In this document: positions 1 to 18,578 of the stretch, piece by piece
Layout: each line of letters opens with the position of its first letter
Position numbering within the stretch: the stretch's first letter is position 1
NCBI GenBank assembly: GCA_001244265.2
Contig: CDLV01000008.1
Location: 372,001-436,000, forward strand
DNA from: Microbotryum violaceum
Lineage: Eukaryota
DNA length: 64,000 nucleotides
Direction of reading: 5' to 3'
Position numbers and translations under genes: made by a program
The notes under the pieces: generated by a model
Seen by the model: the letters and a program-made list of their open reading frames with translations, nothing else
Told to the model about the DNA's origin: nothing
Databases searched by the model: none

Positions 1-4765
<4,765 letters not shown>

Positions 4766-5111
4766 GCGCTCTTATGCCTTATCTTGCAAACCCTCCTACG
4801 ATCCTTCACGTCCTCACGTCACAGCTTTAGCACCACCCCTCTTCTTTGAGTTGTGGCTAGATTTTCTCTTTCCCTTCTTTCTTTCTGCCCCGCTGGTGTT
4901 GGTTACCTTTCTCTTTTCCTCTGCTTCTTCAAATACGACGTATTTCTGTGCTCCTCTTTCGTAATGACTCTCTCTACGCGTCCTCTTTGCAAACACCAAG
5001 TCTCCTCATCTCAATCTCTCGTCATGCCAAGACTCGTCGTCAATGGGCTGCTCTGTTGACTGCTTGATCTTCATTGCGCACAATCGTCCACAAGTATCCG
5101 TCTTCTGAAAC

Positions 5112-6134
5112 TTAGTACTTGTATCTTGTCGAGTAATCTGCGCAAGACCCATCGGGCAAACAGAATATTAATAAGCACTACGAGTTCAACCCAATTTTGA
5201 TCTTTCAACGAACCTTTGGGCGAAACGACCAAACCCCTTCCTTTCGAAGCCCCTCGATAAACAGTCTCGATGATATCGATCAACTGTACGTCGCACGAGC
5301 GAAACAAAGCACCAAAGCGTCAGTCTCCCATCCTCCAATGATAGCGGCGGGTTGTCTACTTTTGACGACGTACTTCTTGCTTGTTCTCCATCGCCCAGTT
5401 GATTTTGTTGTTGTTACCCGTACCCAAATCGATCATGATGTGTTTATTCCGGAAGAAGAACCTGGGATGGTGAGAGTGGGGTCAGCCAAGGGAAAGGGTT
5501 TCTCAACGTGAGGCAAACGATTGCATGGGGGCGGTCATGTTTTAGTCCAGGGTGTCGGTGGGAGAAAAAGCCTACATTGTTGTGCAAGGGTCGTACAATT
5601 CGTACATCTGCTCCGAAAAAAAATAACACCCCCTCGGCACGAATCGTCAGCCTCAATCCTGCCTCCCGAGGTGGGGCCCCAATCCGGAATCGAAAGGCAC
5701 AGCTTGCTTCGTTTCCGATGGAACGCACTTTGGTAAAATCGGGTACTTTGGTGATGTCGCATGTGTCTACGAGCGAGAAAATCGAAATTTGTTTGCCTGT
5801 GCTCCCTGTAACGTATGGCCATGTCTCCGTATCGGACGTACAAATGACGGCAAAGTTTTTGACCTTCTCCGATACGCCCAATAATGTCTCGTCCATGGTC
5901 ATACATGCCGGGTCCTAGATCATCGATCACCAAAATAAACTTCAGCAAGCTCTTCCATATCCCATCATGGTCAATCACGCCCCCGACCACCAACACCAGC
6001 ACCTCTCGTCCAGCTCTCTCGCTGTAACTGACCCAATCATGCCCGAATCGGATAATCACGACGCGGTTCTCCTCGGCCATGATGGCTTGGTCGACGTGCC
6101 ACCCTGATTCGAGTTTGGGCAGAAAATACGACAT
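5112..6134 (-). CDS. DIB1: U5 snRNP thioredoxin-like protein Dib1/Dim1 (TXNL4A), 7 exons
   Basis: Spliced product: MSYFLPKLESGWHVDQAIMAEENRVVIIRFGHDW..DPACMTMDETL..VPDFTKMYELYDPCTTMFFFRNKHIMIDLGTGNNNKINWA..IETVYRGASKGRGLVVSPKDYSTRYKY*. Confidence 0.97.
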
Positions 6135-6750
6135 GATTCGGGGACAAGGAGGAGAACGGCGCGGCGCCGGTCAGAAGTGGATGAGATAGCAAACGGAGGA
6201 GGTCGAGGTCGAGGTGGGAGAGCGAGTTCAGGGAAGGTCGACGTGTCGAGTATGGTTGTACGGGCGCAAGTTTGGCCTGAGTGGACGGGACCGAGTATAG
6301 TTGAGGGGGTGGATGTTTGGGATGGAATGAGCAGAGCGAGAGAAAGTCAGGGAACGTCGACGAGCGCGAATCTGCGCACGCTGCGACGTGACTTGCGATT
6401 TGAATCTATCGGAATGAATCGGCCGCTCTCTCGTGACTTGGACAGCCTGTAGGCTCGATGCTTGAATCTTGGCTCGGTGCAGTAATCTTCGGACCTGCTA
6501 ACGGGACTTGTTCACTTATCTCGTCAATTCCTAAGGAGATTTAGTGGGATCTTCCGCCGAGAATGTTCATTGCAAAACTGCCCGGCCTGCGAGAAAATCG
6601 AGTGCTTGGAAATTTCAACCTTCGCCATCTATACATTTAAGACGTGCTTGGGCCTGGCAACATTTGCCTAACCCTTGTTGTTTTTGTTTGTGTGGAGCAA
6701 ATAAACCGTCACCTAATCAGACCAGACAAGACCAGCCAGCGTATGCGAAA

Positions 6751-8177
6751 TCACATGACCGCGACTTTGGCCATCAACTCAAGAAGCACATTCTGCGCCT
6801 CGAACGTTAGATCCGAGTCCTTGCCAATCGTCTTGCACAAGTCCGTAATGACCGAGGACGTCTTAACCTCGGACCAGTTGCAAACAACGTACTCGATCAG
6901 TTTTTGTCGAACCTCTTCGTGGGGGTAGCACCACTCTCGGAGTAGCTCGAGGGCAGCCTGGGCAGGGGTCAGATGTTCCAGATAAAAGTTCAAGGCAAGG
7001 GCCGAGAGCTCCGGGAGTTGGAGGTAGTGGGAGAGCGAGTAGACGGAAGAAGCCTGAATGGCGTTTGAACTTGGCGCAGTGGCTTCGACGTCGGAGGGCT
7101 CCGAATCGCCGATCGAGTCGTCGAACAGGATGAGCCCAGTGCGAAGCCAGACGAACACCGCATGATACTCCTCGAGGCGTCCTTTGGTCATGTGGATCGT
7201 AAGCGTTGGGACGCTGCATTGCTCGGGATCGACAGGCTTCATCACACTCTCCGAGAATCCCGCGGCAAAGAGATCGGCAAAGTAGGCCGATTGCGAAGCC
7301 AGGAACTCCGAGCTTTCCCACAGATCTCCCGCGGATCCGAACGCAAAGCGAACGTTGAAGGGATGGGCGGTCGAATGAGTCACTGCAGGGATCTCCACCT
7401 GAAGAGGTCAGATGGCAGACTAGGCTGAAGCCGCTGCAGAAAAAAATCACCCTGATCACTCTGGTGAATCTTGCTGAAAAGTCGCTTGAGTGTAGATTGA
7501 TGCTCCTCCTGACACTCCTGTAACGCGATGCGCTCCAAAGTCGCTCCTTTGAATTCCTTGGCGAGCTGAGCCTCAATCCCCTTGCGATACGCCGAATCGG
7601 CCTCGTCCGCTCCTTTCTTGGCGAGCTGAGCCTCAATCGCCTTGCGATATGCCGAATCGGCCTCGTCTCCCTGCGAATTTACTCGAAAGATGACTACGCA
7701 GAAAGATTCATCGTTTTTACCCGATTTTGCCCACTGAGACAATCTCGGCACGTTCCAGTCCAGACGCAAGTCCAATTGAACGTTCGAGACGAAAAAGTGC
7801 GAATGGTAGCATTGGGTTCGATCGGCGGACCAAATTTCGCAGGTGGCGTTTCTGAGCTTCGAGTGCTTTAGGTTGTAGTCGTACGATTGGAGCTCCCTTG
7901 AACTCAGATCTGCTCGGTGCAAAAGCTCCAGTCGAAAGTTGCCGGAATTATCAAAGCACAACGCCATGCGATCCGGGTCCAGAGGATAGAAAGGGGGCGT
8001 CCTCCACTGTTCTCCACTCCCCAGGGACGCCAGTTCACTGAGTTTCAAAGTCCAGGTATGGATACCATGATAGACGAACATGTCGATGCGAAACGTAGTG
8101 TCGGAAACACTGGACAAGCGAGAACAGAAGAGACAGTCGCGTCCAGATGTTCCTGAAGGAGACAGGCGGAATAGCAT
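6751..8177 (-). CDS. BTB/POZ-domain protein (lineage-expanded type), probably 2 exons; start at 8177 or 8081
   Basis: BTB-like HPFNVRFAFGSAGDLWESSEFLASQSAYFADLFAAGFSES, plus YHAVFVWLRTGLILF and SVYSLSHYLQLPELSALAL. A phase-1 intron at 7383-7450 (GTGATT..CTGAC..CCCTGCAG) joins ORFs 7380-8177 and 6751-7398 in frame. Confidence 0.75.
7557..7667. repeat. 60-bp tandem duplication within the BTB gene
   Basis: Two near-identical copies 60 nt apart encode DEADSAYRK(A/G)IEAQLAK twice. Confidence 0.95.
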
Positions 8178-8281
8178 GTTCGAGGCGGTTCGGGACGAGC
8201 CCTCATGCTCAGTACTGCGGCGCGGTGTAGAGCCTCAGCATTCGACAATCCTGCTTCAACAGGCCATTGATCGGAGGGGCC

Positions 8282-8338
8282 GCCGTTTGGGCAAAATAAA
8301 CAGGCGCTTGGGCAAAACAACCAGGCGTTTGGGCAAAA
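8282..8338. repeat. 3 x 21-bp direct repeat with core GCG(T/C)TTGGGCAAAA upstream of the BTB gene
   Basis: gccgtttgggcaaaataaaca / ggcgcttgggcaaaacaacca / ggcgtttgggcaaaaga. Confidence 0.85.
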
Positions 8339-8691
8339 GAAAAGGGCTCGGGTCGCCAATAGCGCGCACCTGCGCTGCACTGTCAGTGCATGTTCTACTG
8401 ACGCGACAATCTCCAAGTAGGTTTTTGTTGCATGTACTGCACTGACGACAAGAATGAAAATTACTTTGAACAGTATGTCCAGGAGAGAGTTTTTCTTTGA
8501 CGCGACGGGCGATAATAGTGGTTGCCAAGCGCAGCTCCTTTCTTTTAAATGGCGTTGGGCGCAAACGGTTACTCTTGAAGCTGGGAGTGCGCGTTTTGGA
8601 ATCTCGGCGTGCCCTCTGAATAGGGGACCTCAGGCACAAATCCTGCCCGTAGGCTTTGAGATGATCTTAAGCGAATAGACACTGTTCCTAC

Positions 8692-8826
8692 CCGAGGCCT
8701 TTCTCGGTTTTGTGCACCCGAACTTTTTGCGATGCGCGGGGGATGAAGGATGAAGGGTGACGAATGCCCACGATCGGTGGGTCATCGCGAGTGGCTTCTC
8801 ACGGTGGAACCGAGAAAGTGCCTTGG
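8692..8826. repeat. Inverted-repeat (stem-loop or MITE-like) element of about 135 bp
   Basis: CTTTCTCGGTT (8699-8709) is the perfect reverse complement of AACCGAGAAAG (8808-8818), and the arms extend with ccgaggc/gccttgg. Inner pairings are gcgatg/catcgc and gcccac/gtgggt. Confidence 0.6.
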
Positions 8827-8949
8827 CAACAACCTAAATGATACCTCCTATCCATTACCACCTACCCTATAACATGGCTACCATCGCGGATGCGAATGTC
8901 ATCGCTAGTAAGCTACTTCCCTGGCTCTTTCCGGTCCGGCTCGGCTTCT

Positions 8950-11900
8950 CTAGGAAGACTTTACCATATATCCTTTTGTCACTTCACCTATTCGATCTTT
9001 GGAACTATAGTCCTGCTCGACCGCACCAGTCAAGCTCGTCAAAGGTGGTCGTTTTACCTCATCGCTCCCTTCTGAATTCTTGACTAGTTCACCAACAAGG
9101 ATCGCCAGCTGAGGGTTCAAGTCGGTCAAGGGAAGGAAGGGAATTCAGTCTTGAGTTCCAGTTTTTCCTGCACTATGTTGGCTATTTCTCAAGCAACTCA
9201 CAGCAGCTTCGATCGCATCCAAGCGCTTCGTAATTTCCCTGTCCTCCTTCACTCCACCTCCACCACCGCCAACGCTCTTCCCCGCGTCCCCTTTCGTCTC
9301 CTCGTCCCTCTTAAAACCAGATTTCGTCCCTACGGTCTGACCCTGCGTGACGTCAAACATCCTCGCCAAAGGGGATTGCAAGCTCCCAATCCTCGAATTC
9401 CTCTTCGAGGGTCCGACTTGTCGTGACCGAGGGCTTTCCGAACGACGCGCCTGTCCATTCGTGGGCTGTTTCGGAGTAGATGTGGGGGTCGTCTTACCGT
9501 CCCCAGTGGTCGTGGTGGTCGTGGTGGTCGTCGTCGTCGCTCCCCTTCCTCTACCCTCTCCTTCTCCCTCCCCATTCTCTTCTTCCTCATCCCCTTTATC
9601 AATCGACTCAACCCTCAAAGCCAACGACGTGACCTCCCTCTCAAAGATATTACCGACCCCATCAACAGTCGATTCCCATCCTACCCAAGACCCACTCAAA
9701 GGTAGAGCTTTCCAAACTCTCTTGGACGTTGAAGCGAAGGAAAAGAAGAAACCTCTTTGGTGGTGTCGGGCTCGGGTGAGGATGGCGAGTGCTCTGTGAG
9801 GAACAGTAAATCAGAAGAACAGGGGGTTGGGGAAATGGAATCAATAAAGCCCAAGACAATCGAACCGAGTTCTTTCCGATCGCGCTCATGCGACGTACAG
9901 TAAAACAGGCAAATTCAAAACCTTGGTCAATGCGACGTGACCCTTATGTAAATACCTCGGCGTCGCAATTTTCCTCAAAGGGTACAGAATCACAAATGCG
10001 ACCAAATTCAACGGTGCGACGTACGACGTCAACGCGTCCGATTTGACCCGTTCGATCGTACGTAGGGCCATTTGATTCAAGAGTTCGGTTTCGGCGTTGC
10101 CTTGCACTGCGGCGAAGGTGTTGGAGAGGAGGGAGATGAGAATGGTCAAGAGGAGCGTTTGGGAAAGGACGGCGAAGGCAACGATAAGAGCGGGACCATA
10201 GTAAGGGTCGAATTGTTGGGCCGCTTCGAAGCCGAGGAAGGAGTTGCCTACGTCATTCGGAAAGGGGGTATTACCAAGAGTGAGCTGTAGATCGTTCTGC
10301 GTAGGCGGGCGCAGTCATCTTGGAAGAGGCAGGAACGTACCTAACCAAATTTTGAGCAACAACCACGAGATATGTCCAACGTCCCACTGCTCCGCCCCTC
10401 TCGCCTTGGCCAAGACGTAGAACGTCGCGACGAATCCACTCGCCGTAAAAGCGACGAGGATCATGAACTGCAAGAATTGTTGCACCATAGCCGACAAAGC
10501 CAAGAGGACGACATTGTCCCTCAACAAAGAGATCGTCAACCTAGGGAAGAGGATGCATCCTCCCAAGGATAGAGTCGCGAAAGCGAACTCGGACCTCGCT
10601 TCATCGCCGATCCAAAGACCATGAAGACGCATGCCGAGGAAGAGGAAGAATATGGCGCAAAAGACGGCATCCATGACGTTGTAGGCGCCGAGGGAATAGG
10701 TCGTTAGACCGTTTTCGGTCACGGAGGCGAATTCGTCGAGAGCGAATCCGAGGGCGAAGAAGATGAAGAGCGCTTCGACGGGTTTGATGTGTGTGTCCGA
10801 ATGGGTGAGGAGCGTGACGAGGAAGAGAATCATAAGGCAGCCAAAAGAGAAGAATTCGAGGCGGTTGCGGATTTGAGGGACTCGGAGCAGCGCATGGTCG
10901 AGGAACCTGAAGGGCGGGGATGAGGGACCAGCTGAGTGTTGACCTCTCGTCTGAAAGTTTTCACACCCGTACTTACGGCTGCGTGCGCCAGTCGTAGATG
11001 GTGACGACAGGTTTGGCCTTGTAGTCATCCTTGATGATGGACCTCGAAGCCGGTGGGGCGTAAAGTACCTCCCCCTTGTAAATAGCCCTCACGACCTGTT
11101 GCACCAACGGACTCCTCACGAACCGTTTGGCCTCTGAAAAGATGCCCAACTCGAGTGCGTTCTCCCTCTGCCTCTGACCCCACTCGTAGAGCCTCTTGAG
11201 TTCGTTTTCGTCGACGCCTTCGCTTTGGGCGAACATGTCTTGCGTTGCGCCTTGATAAGGGTTGAAGGAGGCGGTGAGGACGTGCAAGAGGTCGTACGAG
11301 GTCGGTTGGTTGCCATAGACGGACAACATCTTGACGGCGAGCAATTCGCAGAGATCTGCGCGGGTCGTGTTGAGAGCCAAGAAGGCGAGATCGTCCGAGG
11401 CGACGGCGAGGAAGTGGACGCGGCAAACGAGGAGGGCGTAGATTAGGGGTGAGGGGGGTCGATCCCCTCGGGAGAGTTTGAGAGTCAGGGGTCGCACGAG
11501 GGAGAAGTTGATGGTCGGGCTTTTGAGTTGGTCGTAGCTGAGTACGGTGTCCTGTTTGGAAGATGGACCGAGTTGGGTTGAGGGAATACCACTCGAACTT
11601 TCGGAATGATAACTCACTATCACGTCTACAATCTCTGATGCGACCCGATGCACGAGCGGGAACACGGGCTCTTCGGCTGAGGGCAGTGCGGTCGCCGGGA
11701 TTCCAAGTGGGGGACGGTTCCCCAGCAGCGACGTTGTAAGCGGAGGAATGAGCTCAATGCCTTGCACCGGCTAATCCGCGATGAGTGGCTGCTCACCAAT
11801 CTCTTGCAACGTCCTGGAATTGCCCAACAACGGCATGTTCTCCTCATGCTGAATCGACGCGGCGGAACGCGGGTGAGGATGCGAGGAATCCTCTACCGAA

Positions 11901-12025
11901 CTATCAACGAGACTGCTCGTCATGCCCGTAGTATGAGCAGTGGAGCCAGTTGATTCGGCGAAAGAGGTGGTCGAGGCTGCGTTCGCGGTGGAAAGTGCGT
12001 AGCCGGCGGATTTGATGGACACCAT
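8950..12025 (-). CDS. Yvc1/TRPY-like TRP cation channel, multi-exon (3' end approximate)
   Basis: N-terminal motif DTVLSYDQLKSPTINFSLVRPL..IYALLVCRVHF..TRADLCELLAVKML. Also SEAKRFVRSPLVQQVVRAIYKG, LRVPQIRNRLEF, multiple TM helices and LLTILISLLSNTFAAV..VKSDALTSYVAPLNL. Confidence 0.88.
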
Positions 12026-12400
12026 AGTATGGGATTCGAGCGCGGGGTTAGAAAGCAGCCGGGTCCACGTGACGCGACGTAGTCCAAACGGGCTGCGAAG
12101 TGGGTGCGGAGATGGGGCGGAGGTGGAGCAACCTACCCGTCCAACCTGCTTGACGGCGGGAGGGGAACCGGAAAAGGAACAACAAGTGTTGACCGTAGTA
12201 ACGAGCGATAATGGGCTGAAACACGGACTGCGGAGGCCTGCACTGCGGAGGCGCACGTGGATCGATTCCAGCCAGTTCCGGCCGCGAGACTCGTCATGTA
12301 ACTCATCGCTCTCGCGCGCCGAAGCGACGATTTGGTAAGTTCCCGTCACCGCGATCTCCTCGTTCCTCCTCGTTCTTTTTCTTCAATCGTCTCCTCAGCC

Positions 12401-13344
12401 ATGTCATTGAGCAACATCTGGACCGCAGCGTCGGAAGGCAACCTTGATCGAGTCAAGCATCTCATCGAGAACGAAGGTGCGCGCTCTTTCCTACCTCTGA
12501 CTCTGTGCCCTTGTGCCCTCCCAATCCGCTCACGAACCCCCTACACTCTTGCGCCACGCACTCGTATCATCCAGGCCTGTCCCCCAACGCCTTTGACGAC
12601 AACTCGTACTCTCCCCTCCACGCCTCAGTCTCGTGGTCCCACCCCGAGATCCTGCGCTACCTCGTCCAAAAAGGTGGCGACATCAACCTCGCCGATAAGG
12701 ATGGGGAAACGTGCCTCTTCGTCGTCGAGAACGTCGAGATGGCGAGGATCATCGTGCAAGAGTTGGGGGGCGATTTGAATAAGAGAAACAATGAGGGATT
12801 GACTGTGCGTGGTCGACACATCCAGCAGACTTTTTTGCAGAGTATGCCGACTGACCTGGAGGTTTTTTTTTTTCTATTTTTCATATTTTCACAGGCTGCC
12901 GAACATCTGGAAGAGGACTACCCCCACATCTCACTCTACCTCCGATCGCTCGCCGACCCTTCGATCGCATACCCGCCCACGAACGCAACAACAACCACAA
13001 CGACAAATCCAAACGGCGAGGACGTACCCATGTCTACTAGCACCGAGGGAGGACAGCCCGATCTGGATGCGCCGACGGACGCTCTGCTCCTTCGCGTAAG
13101 AGACATCATGCAAGCTTCCGAACGAGGCGAATTGAGTTCTCAAGAAACCGAAGATAAATTACGGGGAGTGGTCGAAGAAATTGTGACGGGACAGGTCCAG
13201 GTTGGGAGGGTGTTGGGGCAAAGTGGGGTAGGCGCGACGCAAGGTTTGACGGGGTCGGTGAGGTCTAGGTTGCAGGTTGATGAGAGTGGGGAAGAGGTGG
13301 AGCACGAGATAAAGAGGACAAGAGCTGGACCTGAGGGGAGATAG
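12401..13344 (+). CDS. Small ankyrin-repeat protein (Ycr051w-like), 3 exons
   Basis: MSLSNIWTAASEGNLDRVKHLIE..SPNAFDDNSYSPLHASVSWSHPEILRYLVQKGGDINLADKDGETCLFVVE. Confidence 0.88.
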
Positions 13345-13709
13345 ATGAGTGGGGCTCGGATGCAACGTTGGTTGTAGACCACGCGACATATTCAGGAGGT
13401 GGGCGAGACGACGAGAGACAACTTGTCCGAGCGCACTCCGAGAGTTTTCTTGATCGCCGACTTCACACCGTCTGCGGATGCAGCATGCCGACTCGAACAA
13501 AAGACAAGGAGTTTGGGCAGTGGTTGGGAATAATATCAAGTTGAGCGTCTTTGTTATCTCTATTCGCGACTCGTCCACACGGGCTCCGAGTCGCCACCGC
13601 AGGTCACGCGCACGCCAAGCTCGCCCTCCTCCACTCCAACTCGATCTCGTCCTCCTCCTCATCAGCATCCTTTTCCACCGACCCATACCCCATCCGACAA
13701 CGTTTCCAA

Positions 13710-14939
13710 ATGTTGCTCTGTGTCGCCTGTTCCGCGACGCTCGACTCATCGACTTACGGCGTTCCTTCCGATTCTGAGAAGGTCTTGCCTCCACATCATT
13801 TCGTCAAGTGCGGGCATGCGGTGTGTGGTGCTTGTGTGGCGCAGAGACGCTCGTTGGCGAGCGTGAGTACGAGTACTGAGACATTTGTGTGGCGTCAGAA
13901 GGGATTACATGAGCTGAAAGATCGGTTTGATTTGGATGACAGGCTTGCATCATGTGCAGAACCACACGCGACATATTGACCGGCTCCTCCTCCGGGTCCC
14001 GATCCGCAAGCCATCGTCGACCGGGAGCCGACTCAACCGAACCCACGTCGTCGTCAAGATCACCGAAGGCGACAGCTGATGATCGAGCACCACCTTCTTA
14101 CAATGAGCAAGGCGAAAATGGCTTCACCCTTGGTGAGATTCCCCATGGTGAAGATGCCACATCCGACCGAGACACCGCGCCCCCACCGATCGACGACGAC
14201 GATTCGCACTCTCCCCCCACTTATCACCAAGGGGCGGCGCCACCTGGTTTCGAGGGCGGGGTGATCACCAACTCGGATGGGAATCAGACCAACGAAAAGG
14301 GGACGCACGGGGAACAATGCACTTTGCACTATGTCAAGCCGAATGACACGTTGCTGGGTTTAGCATTGCATTACAAAGTCGACGTGAGCCATCGGCCCCG
14401 ACTTTGCCTTGCGCGTCTCTTGACTAATCTCTCTTACCTCGACGACCCCTTGTCAGCCCCCCACCCTAGCCAAGATGAACAAGCTTCCCATCTCGACCTT
14501 GTCCACCACACCTCACTTCTTACACACTCTCCCCTTCCTATTCCTACCTCCCTCTGTCAGCACTTCCTCTTCCTCCAAGCCGATCCTCCCCGCGGCCGAA
14601 GAACGACGTCGTCTCATCATCCGTCGGTTCCAAATGCATACGCGATGTTCCGACTGGGCCCTAGCCAAAGCTTACGTCGATCAAGTTTACCAAGCGCGCG
14701 CTCGAGCGCTGGAGATGATCGATCCCGATAGGAGGGTGGGAGGGGACATTGAGGAAACGGTTCGGGGTGGGGAATTGGAAGAAGCGCTCAAAGCATGGAA
14801 GAAGGATGAGGAATGGGAAAAGAGTCAAGTTGAAGCTTCAAAGAAGGGGAAGGGGAAGGCAGGGGTTACGATCGGGAGTAGGATGAAGAGTACGGGGCAG
14901 GTCGAGGCTAAGGTCAAGGGGTGGAGTTGGCCGAGGTGA
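13710..14939 (+). CDS. RING (C3HC4) + LysM + UBA-like domain protein, 3 exons
   Basis: Splicing intron 13863-13942 completes C-x2-C-x26-C-x-H-x2-C-x2-C-x10-C-x2-C. The LysM HYVKPNDTLLGLALHYKVDPPTLAKMNKL spans intron 14384-14456. There is no signal peptide. Confidence 0.85.
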
Positions 14940-15497
14940 GAGCCCCAAAAGGCGAACAATTTGTGCGCTTGGATAGAGCGGATAGAGCTTTCGTTCTTTG
15001 TCGCCACTTTTTTGTTGTTCTGTTCTGCAACCTACAGTACAGTCTGGTCGTGTAATGGGATTTGGGGCCTCTTTTGAGACCTTCACGATCAAAGCGATGC
15101 CGAACTGGACTTCGAGAAGATCGATCCGAGGAGGTCTTCCTTGACGTCTTTCATATGGCCGACGTGCGTGTCTTCGAATGCGAAAATATGAACCTTGCTG
15201 ATTACAGAGAACGAAAAAGTGGTCGTACACGTGTATCCTCGAGAGGTTGCCCTCGTCGTTCGAACCTTCGCCGCTCCCCAACTACTGCCACCACTCCCTT
15301 GCCCAGCTCGATCGGCATTGATGTGTATGTTCGAGCTCTGTGCACAGCCCCCAAGACAATCGCATTAGCCTCACCTCGCTCAGCCGACCCCACGCCCTTC
15401 CCATCAGTCCAAGCCAGACCCAAGTGCCACGTACCTTCCCCCCCTCCTCCCACCTCCAAACCTTCTCCCCAATCCCTCCCCCAGTCAGTGCCCTTTC

Positions 15498-15709
15498 TTA
15501 CTTGCGTTCCCTCTCATTCTCCCTCTTAGCATTCACTTCAACGAACTGGAAAACCACGATCAACAACACGGCGACGATACCGAGCGTGTTGGCTAGGGAA
15601 GTGAGGGACGTGTCCGAGATCGGGGACCTGCGTTTGGAGTGTAGGCAATCGAGCGGTCCAAATTGGTTGGGGCATGGGAAGGAGAGTTCAAGTTGGAGAG
15701 TGCTTACAT
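15498..15709 (-). CDS. OST4: Oligosaccharyltransferase subunit Ost4 (micro-protein); a possible spliced extension runs to 15202
   Basis: MSPISDTSLTSLANTLGIVAVLLIVVFQFVEVNAKR matches the Ost4 pattern (ISD..L..LA..LG....LIV.Y/F). The start codon is split AT|G by intron 15628-15707. Confidence 0.88.
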
Positions 15710-16068
15710 TGTTGTAGTAGACGTTCCTGGATTGGTGGGTGTGGGTGAACGGAGAGGAGTGTGGAGAGGAGAGCGCTGGGGACTGCACGCGAGGAGACGT
15801 GTCCCTCGCGCTTGGACCCGGTCTGACCCGGTGGGGAGAGGCTTGGGCCAGCTTACCTGTCGCAAGACGTGCACTGGCGCTACTAGCATGGTCCAAGGTG
15901 GTGGCGCGCGGTGGAAGACATTCACTTGAGAACAAGTAACTATGTCATGTGCACAGATATAAAATGATACATCGATTCTAGAAGCTCTATCCGAAGCGCA
16001 TTTCGAAAAACCGGCCGATTCCGGCCACCTCCGGCCGGACAAACTCCGCTCGGGTCACCAGCACAGTT

Positions 16069-18578
<2,510 letters not shown>

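Noticed and set aside
7380-7450. Apparent frameshift splitting the BTB gene into two ORFs
   Set aside because: A plausible 68-nt phase-1 intron (7383-7450) explains it, so I did not call a pseudogene.
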